This document shows positions 40,381 to 53,928 of a stretch of DNA of 64,000 bases, in pieces. The DNA is from Squalus acanthias (Eukaryota), in the NCBI GenBank assembly GCA_030390025.1, contig CM059433.1, positions 20,214,001 through 20,278,000 on the forward strand. Reading direction: 5' to 3'. Each line of letters starts with the position of its first letter. Within the stretch, counting starts at the first letter, position 1. The translations under genes were made by a program, and so were the position numbers. Below the pieces are notes generated by a model. It searched no databases and was not told the origin of the DNA. It saw only the letters and a program-made list of their open reading frames with translations.

Positions 40381-42781
40381 AGAATCATAGATTGGTATAG
40401 CCCAGAAGGAGGCCGTTCGGCCCATCGAGTCTGCGCTGGCTCTTTCGAAGAGCAATCCTCTTAGTCCCACTCCCCCGCTCTTTCCCCATATCCCTGCAAT
40501 TTTTTCTCCTTCAAGTATTTATCTAATTCCCTTTTGAAGGCTACTATTGAACCTGTATCCACCACCCTTGTTGCGTTTAAAAAAAACGTTTTTCCTCATG
40601 TCGTCTCTGGTTCTTTTGCCAATCACCTTAAATCTGTGCCCTCTGGTTATTGACCCTTCAGCCATTGGAAACAGTTTCTCTTTATTTACTCTATCTAAAC
40701 CCTTCATGATTTTAAACACCTCTATCAAATCTCCTCTTAGCCTTCTCTGCGCTAAGGAGAACAACCCCAGCTTCTCTAGTCTATCCTCGTAACTGTAATC
40801 CCTCATCCCTGGAATCATTCTAGTAAATCTCTTCTGTACCTTCTCCAAAGCCTTCATGTCCTTCTTAAAATGTGGCGCCCAGAATTGGACACAATAATCC
40901 AGCTGGGTCAAACGAGTGTTTTAAATATGTTTAGCATAACTTCCTGGCTTTTGTATTCTATGGGGGCGATTTTCTCACTGGAGGTGGGTTTCGACTTGGG
41001 TGTGTCAGAAACTCGCCTCCACTGATAGTTTTCAAAAAATTGAGATTTTCCCATGATTGGCCACTTGATTTCAGAGGTGTGGGATGCCCTTGCTCAATTA
41101 GTGTTTTGGGACTGAAACTCGCCTCTGTTGACAGCACTTTTCCAGTCTGATTTTATGGCTTCTTGCTCCCTTGGCTCATTCCACAGCATTTCTGCATCTC
41201 CTGTACCACCTCCAACCTCTTTTGAGAAACCACTAGGTCCAATTCCAAGGCAAGGGTCTACCCGAGGCTCTCAGATGAGGCGCTGCAAATGTTGTTTGAG
41301 GGGGTGAGAACCAGCATGGAGGTCCTCTTCCACTCATCTCGGAGGAAGAGGCCTGTCTAAGAAACCAAGGCTGTGTGGGTGCAGCTGGCAAGGGATGTAA
41401 CCTCCAGATCTGTGTGTAGATTGGGAGACTGTTTCTGTGTATTGATGAAATGCCATCCCTGTTGGAAAGCATTAACATGATTTGATGCCAAAATGTTGGC
41501 GTTATGTCATCTGTTACTTAGCCTTAGGCAGCTCCACATTGCGGGCAACGCCACACTTGCGTTGTTAGGTTGGTGGCCTGACTGAAAGGAGGCCAGAGAG
41601 TCATGTCCATTGTCAATGAAGTCCTGGCATGGAGCCAAGGACATGTGCCAACTTGGTCAACCTATACAAATCTGGCCATGATAAGTTAATCCCTGGCAGC
41701 CATGTACTTGCGTGCTGCCACTGCCGCTGGTCGAAACACCGACGCTCTGACCTCCTGCTGCTCCTCCTCCTCCTCCTGCTGCTCCTCCTCCTCCAGATCA
41801 TCCTCCTCCTCCTCATCCTCCTCCTCTTCCATCTGAGGTCCAAGGTGTAAGGAAATGAATGTTTCCCATTCTGCTTGCAGATGCCTCCTCTGAGGAAGCG
41901 CTCATTGTAAGCGGGGCGAGGTTCTTCCCAGGAGGTCCCACAGTTGATGGAGTCAAGCTGTAGCACCTCTGACTTCGGAAGGCCTTCTAAAAGTGCTCAC
42001 TGACCTTTTAAAGCCAAGGTCTGGCACCTGCAAGTAAGCCTTGCTGCAGTGAACGAAGTCTTGTTAGACCTGCAGCTGTGAGGAGGCCACCCACGAGTCA
42101 ACCCGCCAGGTTTACCTGGCGTGGTTCAGAAGTTGCGTGAAGCACGCCGAAATGATGGTAAATTCAAGAGGGCCTCTCAAAATAGGATTAGAGAGGCCCT
42201 TAACAAGCATTTGCAGTAGTTAATTAACGCTATGGCCAGCTGGAGGCGGGAGCGTTTCCCGACCGCCAAAACCGACACCGGCAAAATCCCACGGAGGCGG
42301 GTTGGAGTCGGGTTTCTGACCCGACCTCAGTAATTCGAATTTTCCCGACTCCAAACCCGCCTCCTCCAGCATCAGAAAATTGCCCCCTATGCCTCTATTT
42401 ATAAAGCCCAGGATCCTATATGCTTTATTAACTGCTCTGTTAACCTGTTCTGCCACCTTGAAAGATTTTTGCACAAGCTCCCCCAGGTCTCTCTGTTCTT
42501 GTACCCTCTTTAAAATTGTACCATTGAGTATGTATGGTCTCTCCTCATTCTTCCTACCAAAGTGTGTCACCTCATACTTCTCTGCGTTGAATTTCATCTA
42601 CCATGTGTTCACTCATTCCACCAGTCTGTCTATGTCTGCTTGAAGTCTCTTATTATCTTCCTCACTGTTTACTACACAGCCATTCACCACAACTCTCGGT
42701 TTTCTATCCCTTAACCAATTTTGTATCCATGCTGCTACTGCCCCTTTAATCCCATGGACTTCAATTTTGCTAACAAGCCTA
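40381..42781 (-). mobile_element. CR1 3' part interrupted by a Harbinger element
   Basis: Minus ORFs 40519-40911 and 42220-42597 join across the insertion. Confidence 0.9.
40962..42387. mobile_element. Non-autonomous Harbinger deletion derivative (1426 bp)
   Basis: 14-bp TIR GGGGGCRATTTTCT; TAT duplicated at 40959-40961 and 42388-42390. Plus strand PRLSDEALQMLFEGVR..EVLF (Myb-like); minus strand acidic run followed by AARD*LIMARF (transposase C-terminus-like). Confidence 0.88.
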
Positions 42782-44748
42782 TTCTTTTTTTATTCATTCA
42801 TGGGAGGGGCATCGCTGGCATTGCCAGCATTTATTGCCTATTCCTAATTGCCCTTTGATACAACTGAGTGGCTTGCTGGGCCATTTCAGAGGGCAGTTAA
42901 GAATCAACCAGATTGCTGTGGGTCTGGAGTCACATGTAGGTCAGACCAGGTAAGGATGGCAGATTTCCTTCCCTAAAGGACATTAGTGAACCAGGTGGGT
43001 TTTTAAGACGATCCGGTATTTTCATGGTCACCATTACTGATACTAGTTTTTTTTCCCCAGATTTATTTAATTAACTGAATTAAAATTTCCCAGCTGCCGC
43101 GATGGGATTTGAACTCATGTTTCTCTCTCCACAGATGCTGCCTGACCTGCTGAGTATTTCCAGCATTTTCTGTTTTTATTTTAGATTATCATCTCCTGTC
43201 TTTGCTCCAATCAACAAATGTGACACTAAATGCATATTTCTTGGTTGTGAGATGACATTCTCTGTGATGTTCAGTTACCTTTCCTCCTTTGCTTCTCTCT
43301 CAAAGGTTTTCTGTGCAGTATACTTTTCGGTTATATTTATTTTATTTATATGCATGACAAAATGTACATTGCTTTTTTTTCTGCTTGGTCTTTGTCAGAT
43401 GTCATTTGAACACGGTATAGTGATTTGATATTATCTTCAGCATTTCCTCGATCTCCTAGCTGCCCTAGCTTTCCATCATCATTTCTGAGACTAATGCATT
43501 TCTGGCCACAATAGCACTTTGCATAACAATTCACAATGTCTCTTCTCTTCTCTGACGCACCCGTACTCAAATAGTCAGTGGACATTTTCTCTCTGGGCTC
43601 ACACTTGGAGAATGGCCACTTGCCTGAGGACGATTAGCGCCTGCAAAACCCTTACCTCAGCATGAGTAGGTACCTTGAGAAGAGAAGGTTTGTGTTCTAA
43701 TATAAATAAGTCAACCATAGTGAGACCTAGAACAATAAAAAATACAGACTCTGCTATACCTGATAAACAGCTCCTTAGCCTGATGCATCAGCACTGTTCG
43801 TGCATGACATTGGCAGCTGTAATAAAGCAATCGTAATGCCTAAAATGGAAAGGGCCGACCACTGGATCTGCATGTTTCACATCACTTCCTTCACTTGTAC
43901 GCACATTCTCTTGCTTCAGTATGAGAGAATTTATATTAACTTCAGATCATCGACAAGTGGGCACCTGCATTCTTGCCTACTGTTGCTGAAAACAGACCTT
44001 AGTTTAATTCTCAACCTGCCGGTCTTCCTGGGCAGAACTAAAGGGTGCTTGAACAAACTTCTGTGCCTTTCTTTCCCTCCCCCAAACATTGCCTGTGATC
44101 CGCATGCATACTTGCTAATACGCCATTCCTGTAAATAACAGGCATGATGAGTAAAAGTAAATACAAACAGGAACCGAAGTAGAATAGAACATTTTTTCCC
44201 CCTGCAACAGCAAAGATTTGCTGTGCCTTATTTACCCTTTGAAACTTTGACCGCATTGACCTCCAATGGACTTTATACGCGGATGGAGACACAGTTAATG
44301 GTAATTGCACGATCCAGCAGAGAGAGTCTCAAATATATTTATGTGGTTGTGAGATTTATTGCTCAGTAGAGATGTCCAAGCTGTCAGGGTTATGTGATAA
44401 ATTGCACTGATTTCAAAATTATTACACTGAACACTAATTTGAAAGCACAAAAAAGCATAATGAATGACGTTTGATGAAAGTACTTAAAATAATGAAGGGC
44501 CTAGCAATGCAGAGTACTGACATGCTGACCCGCTAATCGTAGAGTTGTGGGGCTCAGGTTCTTCCCTGTAACTAGTTCCTAAACTTCAACCAGGAAAGTC
44601 AGAGGACAAATCAACTGGAAAAACGTTCGGCCAATTTAAAGGCAGCACAGGTAGAACCCTTGGAAGAACAAACTTGCCCGTCTTCTTGACTGGAACAGTG
44701 CATTTATGGGAGGGACCTTCAGAAAGAGAAGACAACTTACAAGATTTT

Positions 44749-45050
44749 GGCTCAGATTTTGCGGTCAGCGGTGAAGTGATGGCGCTCGCTGCTGACCTCG
44801 AAGAAAGCTGCCCACAAAGATCTAGCGATCTCTGTGACATTGATTTCCCCTCTCCCGGTGTTAATTTGAATCTGGTGCCAAGTCTAGGGGATCTTCAGCG
44901 TCCAGCAACAGTGATGTCATCAAGCTGGCTAAGCAGCCAATCACATTGAAGAATTCTCACAGACAGGAAGTAAAATGCACTGATTATCCTTCACTTTTTA
45001 AATCATTTTACAGAGAGCGAAATAAAGATTGGGACATACATTAGTTATCG
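44749..45050. mobile_element. Family-C MITE fragment
   Basis: Begins GGCTCAGATTTTGCGGTCAGCGG and shares GCAGCCAATCA..GAATTCTCACAG with the 9361 copy. Confidence 0.65.
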
Positions 45051-45595
45051 GGGCATTTATCATACCAAAGTTTGCTGAAAGGTGCTTGAGAATTGCACTG
45101 ACAAGAGAAGCATTAACAGACAGACAGTGTTATCTAAAAGACATTACGTATTACATCATTAATTTCTTAAAGGTTATGAAGGTTCTGTGTATGGATGTGA
45201 ATGTGTTGCTTACAGTACACTAAACTAACACCAATCTGCTAGGATCCTTTTGAAGCATTCATTTATGGAATTATTAATAGGTCCATTCATTTTTATTTTA
45301 AAAAGGTATAATTTTAAAATAATTTGGGGAGTGATGTGAGGCAGGTGGTTCTTGGGGAAGGGTTTCAGATGGCTTAGCAGTAGGATTTCATCTTTACGCA
45401 GAAAGCAGAGAGAGGCTAGGTGATGGAAGCAGCATGGTTATGAAGGCAGCCACACAGACAGGTTATCATGCAGCATTTGTTTGGATTATGCAGCAGGAGG
45501 TAGCAGTCGTGATTCAGTGGAATTCTGATAGATAATGCACATAAATCTGCGCCCACATTGGATAGCAGTGACAGAACAGCTGCAGTGTGCCACCT

Positions 45596-45842
45596 CTTGC
45601 ATTTATATGTTGCCTTTCATTACCTTAGGACATCCCAAAGTGCTTTACAGCCATTGAAGTACTTTTGAAGTGTAGTCAGTGTTGTAATGTTGGAAACGTG
45701 GCAGCAAATTTGTGCACAGCAAGCTCCCACAAACAGCAATGTGATAAATTACCAGATCATCTGTTTTAGTGATGTTTGCAGAGGGATAAATATTGGCCAG
45801 GACACCGGGGAGAACTCCCCTGCTTTTCTTCAAAATAGTGCC
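45596..45842 (-). mobile_element. Deu-SINE 3' fragment
   Basis: Matches 15668-15900. Confidence 0.75.
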
Positions 45843-46456
45843 AGCTGCGAGGGAATATATTATGAATAAGACCTTATTTTGATTATTGAAATAATTAACT
45901 ATATATATATTTATTAATGCCTACTTCATTCTTACTGAATAAATGTTACCTGTTCAGTAGGAATGAAAGCTTAAAGAATAGATACTGAATATTACCTCAC
46001 AAGTGTCACTTATTTTTTTCTTTTTATGAAGGAGCTTAACAAATTATGGAATAAGAAAGGCCTTTTAACCCATTGTGCCTTTCAATCCAATTCCAATTAC
46101 TCTTGGTGATATTAGCAGACAAGTGCTTAACACACTCTACCCTTTATGTAGGGAGGGTGTGAACCCATCTAAAGTGAATGTGTTAATACCTGTGCTTAAG
46201 TAACAGGACAGCGGAATGTAATATGAATTTATTAAGCGTTTATCTGGCAGTAATCTCTCGGTTTAGTTATTTCTCCAACTCTCTTTCTGAAAGAGTTAAC
46301 TGGAACAACATCAATTACCATCACTGAAAGCATGTTTCACATATCCACAACGATGTTGGTGGAAAATAATCTTATCTTGCTTGAGGCTTGTTAATTTTGA
46401 TCCTGTGTCCTGTAGTCATACACTCTTGGTCTCAGTCAAACATCCATCTTATATCT

Positions 46457-47285
46457 AGAATCACAGAATCATAGAAAGTTACAGCACGGAAGGAGGCCAT
46501 TTCGGCCCATCGTGTCCGCACTGGCCAACAAAGAGCTATCCAGCCTAATCCCACTTCCCAGCTCTTGGTCCGTAGCCCTGCAGGTTACAGCATCCCAAGT
46601 GCAAATCCAGGTACTTTTTAAATGTGGTTAGGGTTCCTGCCTCTACCACCCTTTCAGGCTGTGATTTCCAGACCCCCACAACCCTCTGGGTGAAGAAATT
46701 TCCCCTCAAATCCCCTCTAAACCTTCCACCAATTACTTTAAATCTGTGCCCCCTGGTTTTTGACCCCTCCGCTAAGGGAAACAGGTCCTTTTTATCCACT
46801 TTATCTATGCCCCTCATAATTTTATACACCTCAATAAGGTCTCCCATCAGCCTCCTCTGTTCCAAGGAAAACAGACCCAGCCTATCCAGTCTTTCCTCAT
46901 AGCTAAGATTCTCCACTCCCGGCAACATCCTTGTAAATCTCCTCTGTACCCTCTCTAGTGCAATCACATCTTTCCTGTAATGTGGTGACCAGAACTGCAC
47001 GCAGTACTCTAGCTGAGGCCTAACTAGTGTTTTATACAGTTGAAGCATAACCCCCCTGCTCTTGTATTCTATGCCACGGCTAATAAAAGCAAGCATTCCG
47101 TATGCCTTCTTAACCACCTTATCTACCTGGCCTGCTACCTTCAGGGATCTGTGGACATGCACTCCAAGGTCCCTTTGTTCCTCTGCACTAATCAGTGTCC
47201 TACTATTTAATGTGTATTCCCTTTCCTTGTTAGCCCTCCCCAAATGCATTACCTCACACTTCTCCAGATTGAATTCCATTTGCCA
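46457..47285 (-). mobile_element. CR1 3' fragment with an intact 244-aa terminal ORF
   Basis: Minus ORF 46545-47279 plus tail repeats. Confidence 0.92.
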
Positions 47286-48949
47286 TGTTGCTTTTGGCTC
47301 CCAATATTTTAAAGACCTGGATCATACCTACTGTTGATCTTTTCTTCAATGAAAACAAGTTCAGCTCTCCTCATAACCTGGAGCATTAATTCCTGGAAAC
47401 ATTTTTGTCACGCTGTTCGGAAACCTCGCTAATGCATCAATGTTTTTTTAAAGCTATGGTGCTCAAATTGCACACTTTATTACCAATAAAGCTTCGCCAA
47501 TGATCTGTGCAAGGTTACAATAATTTGTTCTAATTTGCGCTCAAACGCCCTTGAAATACAGTCCAATATTTGATTAGCTTTGTTCCCAAGAGTCACATTG
47601 ACTGGAAACTTTGTGAATGGTCAACAATTGCATCCAGGTCCATCCATTTTCACCTTTGCTAATGTTAAAGGAAGGCACTGGTTTAAGGAAATATTTGTGT
47701 TGTTTGAATTGTAAGGAGAGGCATTAGCTGATGTATTCTGTAGAACTGGACTCCATCCAATCTGCCAATTTACCAGCCCACTTTTAAAATAGGACCCCAT
47801 CATCGTGTACATGCTTGCCATTTCTATTTCAATCTCTGTTGCCTCACATTCATCGCCACGTTAAAATCCATCTGCCATTTCCTAGCCCATCTGTTTAATT
47901 ACTCGAGATCTTTCTGCGTGTTTTGTTCCTTTGCATTTGTCATCTAATATCATCAGCAGACCTTAAAGTTTCCCAAGTAATAGCCTCCTCCAAAGAACTG
48001 TTTTTACATTAGTTAGTTGCTTATTGTTGATTGTGCAGTTGTGAAAATGAACGGCAGTGCTTGTCAAGTAACATGGTTGTGAACAATTTTATTAGGAAAC
48101 ATATGTTTTCATTTGTCAAACAAGAGATAATTTTTATAAAACTAGAAAAGGGATTGCATGTCATGTGTAATCCACAACATGCACAAAGATGTTAAGCTTA
48201 TTGTGTTGTACCTGTATTTGTTTAAATTTCCACGATTAGTAGTTTCCATCACTGTCAGCCACTGTTTAATTCCTTTCTTCAGGTGAGAGAGCTGTACATA
48301 GTGGGCCATAGATTTTCTCACAACCTCCTGTCAATGCTGCCTTGTAATTGGTCAAAATAAGCTGGACAGCATGACCAGGTAGGCAGCTTTTCCTCTCCCC
48401 TGAGATGGAATGAACCAACGCCGTGAAAGATCCCAAAATCCATCCACTCATCTGGGTGACAACTGGTGAAATTGCTCAAATTCCTTCAACTCTCAGTCAA
48501 AACTAAATGTGGTTGCAGGCCTTTAGTTGGAAGGATTGTATTTTACTGCTGGAAAGGTAGCAAATAGTTCCATGCTTATAAATCATCTTTAGCAGAATGG
48601 AACCTAAAATTATGAAATAAAATGTTGTCGGATGATTGCAATGAGAACGACTTAAAAGACTTCATGGGTCGCAATGGTCAAGATGTCCATTTTCGCTGTG
48701 CTTGGCATGGCAACAGATGAGATGGTAGCATCTCTAGTTTCAACAGCAGCTACGAATCTGTTTTGCTTGCCACAGGAATGAGTTTCCCAGCTGCGTTCAG
48801 TGAGAATGAGGGCATGCTGGCAGGATTCAGGTTCAGATGAACATGCACCCCTGGCTGATCTCCACAATGACTCCAAAGGACCAAGAGAAATTTGGGCAAT
48901 TATCATTTATCTTCAAAACTGTTGCTTGTAGCTTTCTTTCTGGTGCCTT

Positions 48950-50500
48950 TTTTTTCTGTATTTGGTCTCAGGATGTGGACGGTGCTGGCAAGGCGGCATT
49001 TACTGCCCATTGCTCTGAGAAGGTGGTGATGTCAGTCCTTCTGGTGATGGTGCTCCCATAATTGTGTTAGGTAGGAAATAACAGGAATTTGACCCAGCAG
49101 TAATGACGGAACAGCAGTATACGTCTAAGCCAGGATGGTGAGTGACTTTGCGGAATTGGTGTTGCCATGACTGTGCTGCTTTTGTCCTTCATGGTGGTAG
49201 GGATTGCAGGGCTGGGAGGTGCTGATGAAGTAAGCTGTGGCTGCACCCATCCAGATAAATGGAGAGTATTCCATCACGCTCCTGGCTCAAGCCTTACAGA
49301 TGGTGCAGAGGCATTGTGGGGTCAAGAGGCGAGCCAACTGTGGCAGAGTTCCCAGCTTCTTCCCTACTCTTGCATCTATCGTCTTGATATGGCTGCTCCA
49401 GTTAAGCTTTTGGTCAGTGTTCATACCTACCCCCCACCACCATCCCTCCCCCTGGGTTGTTGATGGTGGGGGACTTGGCCATTTGAAGTTTAGAGGGAGG
49501 TGCTCAGACCTTTTTTTGTTGGTGACAGCCATGACCTGGCAGTTATGTGGCATGAATGTGCATTAGTCAGCCTAAGTCTGATGTTGTCCAGGCCCTCGTG
49601 TAGGCTGTCATGGGATGTTTCATCATCGGATGAGTTGTAAATGGAGCTGACCACTGTACAATCATTAGTGAACAGCCCCACTCCTGATCTTATGACAGAG
49701 GGAAGGGCATCGATGCAGCTGAATATGGTTGAGTGAAAGACGCGGTGCTGAGGAAGTCCAGCAAAGCTGTGATTATCAGCCTCCGACAACCATAATAATA
49801 TTCCTGTGTGCCAGATATGACTCCAGTTTTCCCCATTGATCTCAACTTTTCTCGGGCTCCTTGTTGCCATACTCAGTCGAATGCTGTCTTGATGGCGAGG
49901 ACAGCTCTTCTTGCCTTTCCTCTGCCATTCAGCTCCTGTATCCATATCAGGATTAAGGCTGTAACAAAGTCTGCAACTGAGTGGTTGTGCAGTACCCAAC
50001 CTGAGCATCAGCAAGCAGATAATTGGTTAGTAGGCATCTTTTGATGGCACTATTGATTACTTCGCCATCACTTTGCTGATGATTGAGCGGAGGCTAATGC
50101 AGTGGTAATTGCCTGGGTTAGATTTGTCCTGCTTTTTGTGGATAAGATGCACCTGGGCACGTTGTCGGGTAGATGCCCGTGGCATAGCTGCACTGGAATA
50201 CCTTTGCTGGGGAGGCCGGCGAGTTCAGACGCTTAGCTCTTCAGTACTATAGCCAGCTCTTATCAGGACACATATCCTTTGCTGTGCACTCAGATGCTTC
50301 TTAATGTCAAGAGGAGGGAATACATGGTATCTATGATCTTGGGGACTTTGGAAGGAAGCAGATTTGGATTATCCACGTGGCACTTTTGGCTGAAGAAGAT
50401 TTGAAACACCTCCCCCCTTGTTTCTACCATTCAAGTGCCATAGTTGAGGATGGGTATGTTGCCTGGTTGTCGACTATCATTCTCAACTGCATGTGCTGGG
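48950..50500 (-). mobile_element. Degraded CR1/L2-group LINE of another family; related 3' ends near 28100-28260 (+) and 42785-42855 (-)
   Basis: Minus GLPQ..TIFSC..LPSVIRSGVGLFTNDCT, a decayed GVPQG..FADDC; shared tail GCAATAAATGCTGGC. Confidence 0.65.
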
Positions 50501-51476
50501 CTACAGTAGAGCCTTGTGACGAACCTTGATGAAACATCTCATACAAAGTATCTCATTAAGTGAAACCACAGCACCATACCACATCATGTTTATTTTGTTG
50601 CTATTAAAAAGAGCTTTCATCATATATTTCTGTGTTAATCTTCAAATAAATGTCTTCCATTCACACTATTCTTCTAAAGGGGTTGTGTAGGAATTGTCCA
50701 GCAGACGGGTATCTCCATGGATGTCACTAATTCTGATGTTTGGTCAATATGCTGGGATGCATGTTTGGATGTTGTGAGGAGGACCTTCACTCACTGGCCC
50801 CATAGCTGGTTTCATCCCTCATGCCAAAATGACCCAGTTGAAAATGACAACATTCACCCCGGCCTCACGTGCAGATGTTCAGTAAGAGTGCATTGACAAC
50901 CGGTCACTAAGTTGGTAATTAAATCCTCTTATGTTCTGGCTGTTGGCTCAACCTAGAAAACATTTCTCTTGTTAGAAACAAAATAAACAACAAGCTGGAG
51001 CCACAGGGGGAATAATGTCCATTAATGACAACATATAAAACATGTTAATAGGCAGGCTACTACAAATACTGATACAAGACCTATCAAATGGGATTTGTAA
51101 AGCACAATATGGCAGTTGTTATGCAGTAATCCTCTTTTTAAAATTCATAAATGATTGCATATTGGCATACATGGCATTGCGTAAATATTAGCAATCACTA
51201 AATTAATTGCAAAGTAATTTAAGACCCCGATGCTGGTCTGCTAATCTTACTTGGTGTGAACACAAGCAGTATTAAATTCAAAAAATATCTTAGCTCCGTC
51301 ATTCTATTATAATTTAAGTTTGTATATAAATAACTACGCTCATTTCCTTAAGAAACTCAAGTAAATATTTTGTTGTGAATTCTTTTCTGAGCCGAAAATT
51401 GAATCAGAATTCTCTCTTTGTTTTAAGGTTCCCATGGAACCAATTCCCAGACAAGAGAGGTGAGCAGGCAACCTTG

Positions 51477-52315
51477 GGGCTCAATTTTCACTGGCCCGTG
51501 GAGGCGGGAGTGGTGTGAAAATAGCAGATTCGGGGGTCCCGAACCCATCCTGCCCCCAACCCGCCTCCATGCCAGTTTCCCAGGAGGCGGGTACCCGACC
51601 TGTGCTGGGACCCGCCTCCCCGAGGCTGGAAGGGGATTAGTGCCAATAAACTGCCTGTTAACAGGTAGTTAACAGGCAGCTTTTTTCCTAATCCCTATTT
51701 TTAGCCCTGAAGTGTGGGCTTCCCGACAGGTCGAACCACGCCGATTTAGCGAGGCAGACCGTCAGTCTGGAGGGCTTGGAGGGCTTGGAGGGGTCGAGAT
51801 GTCCGGTGTGCAGGTGAGTGATGGGTGCATGAGTGCAGAGGTAAGTGTGTTTGGTGTGTGTAAAGTGTTTTAAGAACTTTTACTTACCTTAACTTTGTCC
51901 TGCAGGCTAGCTTCCTTAAGGTGTCGGGAGTCCCTCACATCCGCGGCACAGAAAGCAGAATGGCCGCGGAGCTGTCAAAAGCTGCAGTCTCTGCTTTCTG
52001 TGCTGGATTGATTTCTAACTGAGTCTAAGTACAGGGACTCACGTTGAAATCATATTGTCAGTGTTTGACAGCTTCACAGAGCTGTCAAACGCTGAAATTT
52101 CATCTGTCAAAAGCTCTTGACAGATGAAATTTCAATGGCTGACGTCACCTGTATCCAAGGGACCCTTGATTGGCCTGCGAAGCCCACTGGGCGGGCTTAA
52201 CAAGGTCAATCAAGGGAAAATACAGTGGGTTGGCCACAAGTCGATGGAGGCGGGACTACAACCCAAAAAGTGGGACTCCCGCCTCCATCACGTCCCCATT
52301 GACAAAATCCAGCCC
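51477..52315. mobile_element. Harbinger-type MITE, family D (839 bp), with an internal hairpin cluster
   Basis: Ends GGGCTCAATTTT and AAAATCCAGCCC; TTG duplicated at 51474-51476 and 52316-52318. Confidence 0.82.
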
Positions 52316-53774
52316 TTGGTCTCCTAGGTCTCTGCCAACATTCCTGGGAGGTGCAAAGAAACTGATTTCTCCTCCAAGTTTATTTCCATTCTTGTGGGCA
52401 AATGCTTAAATCCCAATCTGTGCCTCTTTCCTCCCCCCACCCCACCAACATTAGGGTTGAGATCCAGAATTTACTATAGCTGTGATCATGTGTGTCCTAC
52501 CACTCCAGAGTGCAGATGGAAATTGTGGGTCAATTCATGCATAGTGATATAACTTTGCATGCAGGTAAATCAGTTGATTTCTACTACATTAATCGTGTTA
52601 CAATTGAACTTAAACAGGATGGGCACAACAGTGCAGTATCAAGGGAGTTCTGCAGTGTCGGAGATGCTATAATTTGCGTCAGACATTAAACTCAGGGCCC
52701 ATCTATTTCTTCTAATGCTTGAGGTGGATGTTAAAGATCCTGTTGCACTATTCAAAGCTCCAGGAAGAGCAGGGAGTTCTCCATGTTGTGGTCAACATAC
52801 CAGAAATAGATTAACTGGTCATTCAGCATATTGCTGTTTCTGGGATCTTGCTGCATGCAAAGCAGCTGCCAGATTCACCTACCGAACAACAGTAACTATA
52901 CTTCAAATAATTCACTGTATGTGACACACTGTATGTGTAAGAATGTCAGTGTCAGTTCCATGTGACATGATGGTTACATTTTTGAGTTTTACTCCAGACA
53001 TTTTTCATGAATTTGTGACTCAGCTCCCTCCTGTAGGTGAGTCCATCACTCTCAATGCATCAAAGTGTGCTTTGACACTTATTACAGAATTTCAACTTAC
53101 TGGCTATATCACTGTGTACTAAGCATGACCTTCTTTGACTTTTGAAGGTGGTGGAAGAAACACTCCACTCGACCATAGCTTCAACTATAAACTGCCAAAG
53201 AGATATATTAAATAACAAATGGAGGAGTGAATAATAGCAATGGTAAATTATAGATTTACATTCGTTGCAGGATTAGCTATCTCTCCTTGGAAGATAGAAA
53301 ATAACAAAGATTTTTGTATACTGCATTAATTTTCAATATGAATTGGACTTTGTTCAAGGTGCCTGATTTAACCTTGTGTAAAAGTTCACTGCTGACCTTC
53401 CACAGAATCTCTTTGTCCTCTTTGGGGGGTGAAAGGTTATCGGGGGTAGGCGGGGGTGTGGAGTAATCAGATCAGCCATGATCTAATTGAATGGTGGAGC
53501 AGGCTGAAGGGGCCGAGTGGCCTACTCCTGCTCCTAATTCGTATGTTCATACGTTCTTTATATCTCTGTGATGGCTTTAGAACACTACTCAATTGGAAAA
53601 ACGCAGACTGAGGCATACTTATAAAATTTGACTGGTGCAAAGGAAATTTAAATATGTATCTCCCAAATTCAAAGAGCTGCCAATGTAAACATATATGCAA
53701 ACAAAGCCTACAAGATGGTTGTCTTTGAATTGAATTGCAGGGCCCCTCCCTCATGTACTTATTAGAGATATGAT

Positions 53775-53928
53775 GGGGATAAATTTGACTTTGGGGGATA
53801 GCGTGAAATGGGTGATATCGGATCAGTCATCTGTAATATGCCTCTCCCGAAATCAGGAGAGGTGTAATATGGGCGGTTGAGCTGATATCCCCTGATTTAC
53901 GTTATCCCTCAAAGTCAAAATTACCCCC
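53775..53928. mobile_element. Short foldback MITE (~154 bp)
   Basis: GGGGATAAATTTGACTTTG and CAAAGTCAAAATTACCCCC; arms stay complementary for about 45-50 bp; TSD not clean. Confidence 0.7.

Noticed and set aside
41613..41966. Arg-rich or poly-Leu ORFs as host genes
   Set aside because: They are alternative frames of the acidic GAG-rich stretch inside a TIR-bounded element.
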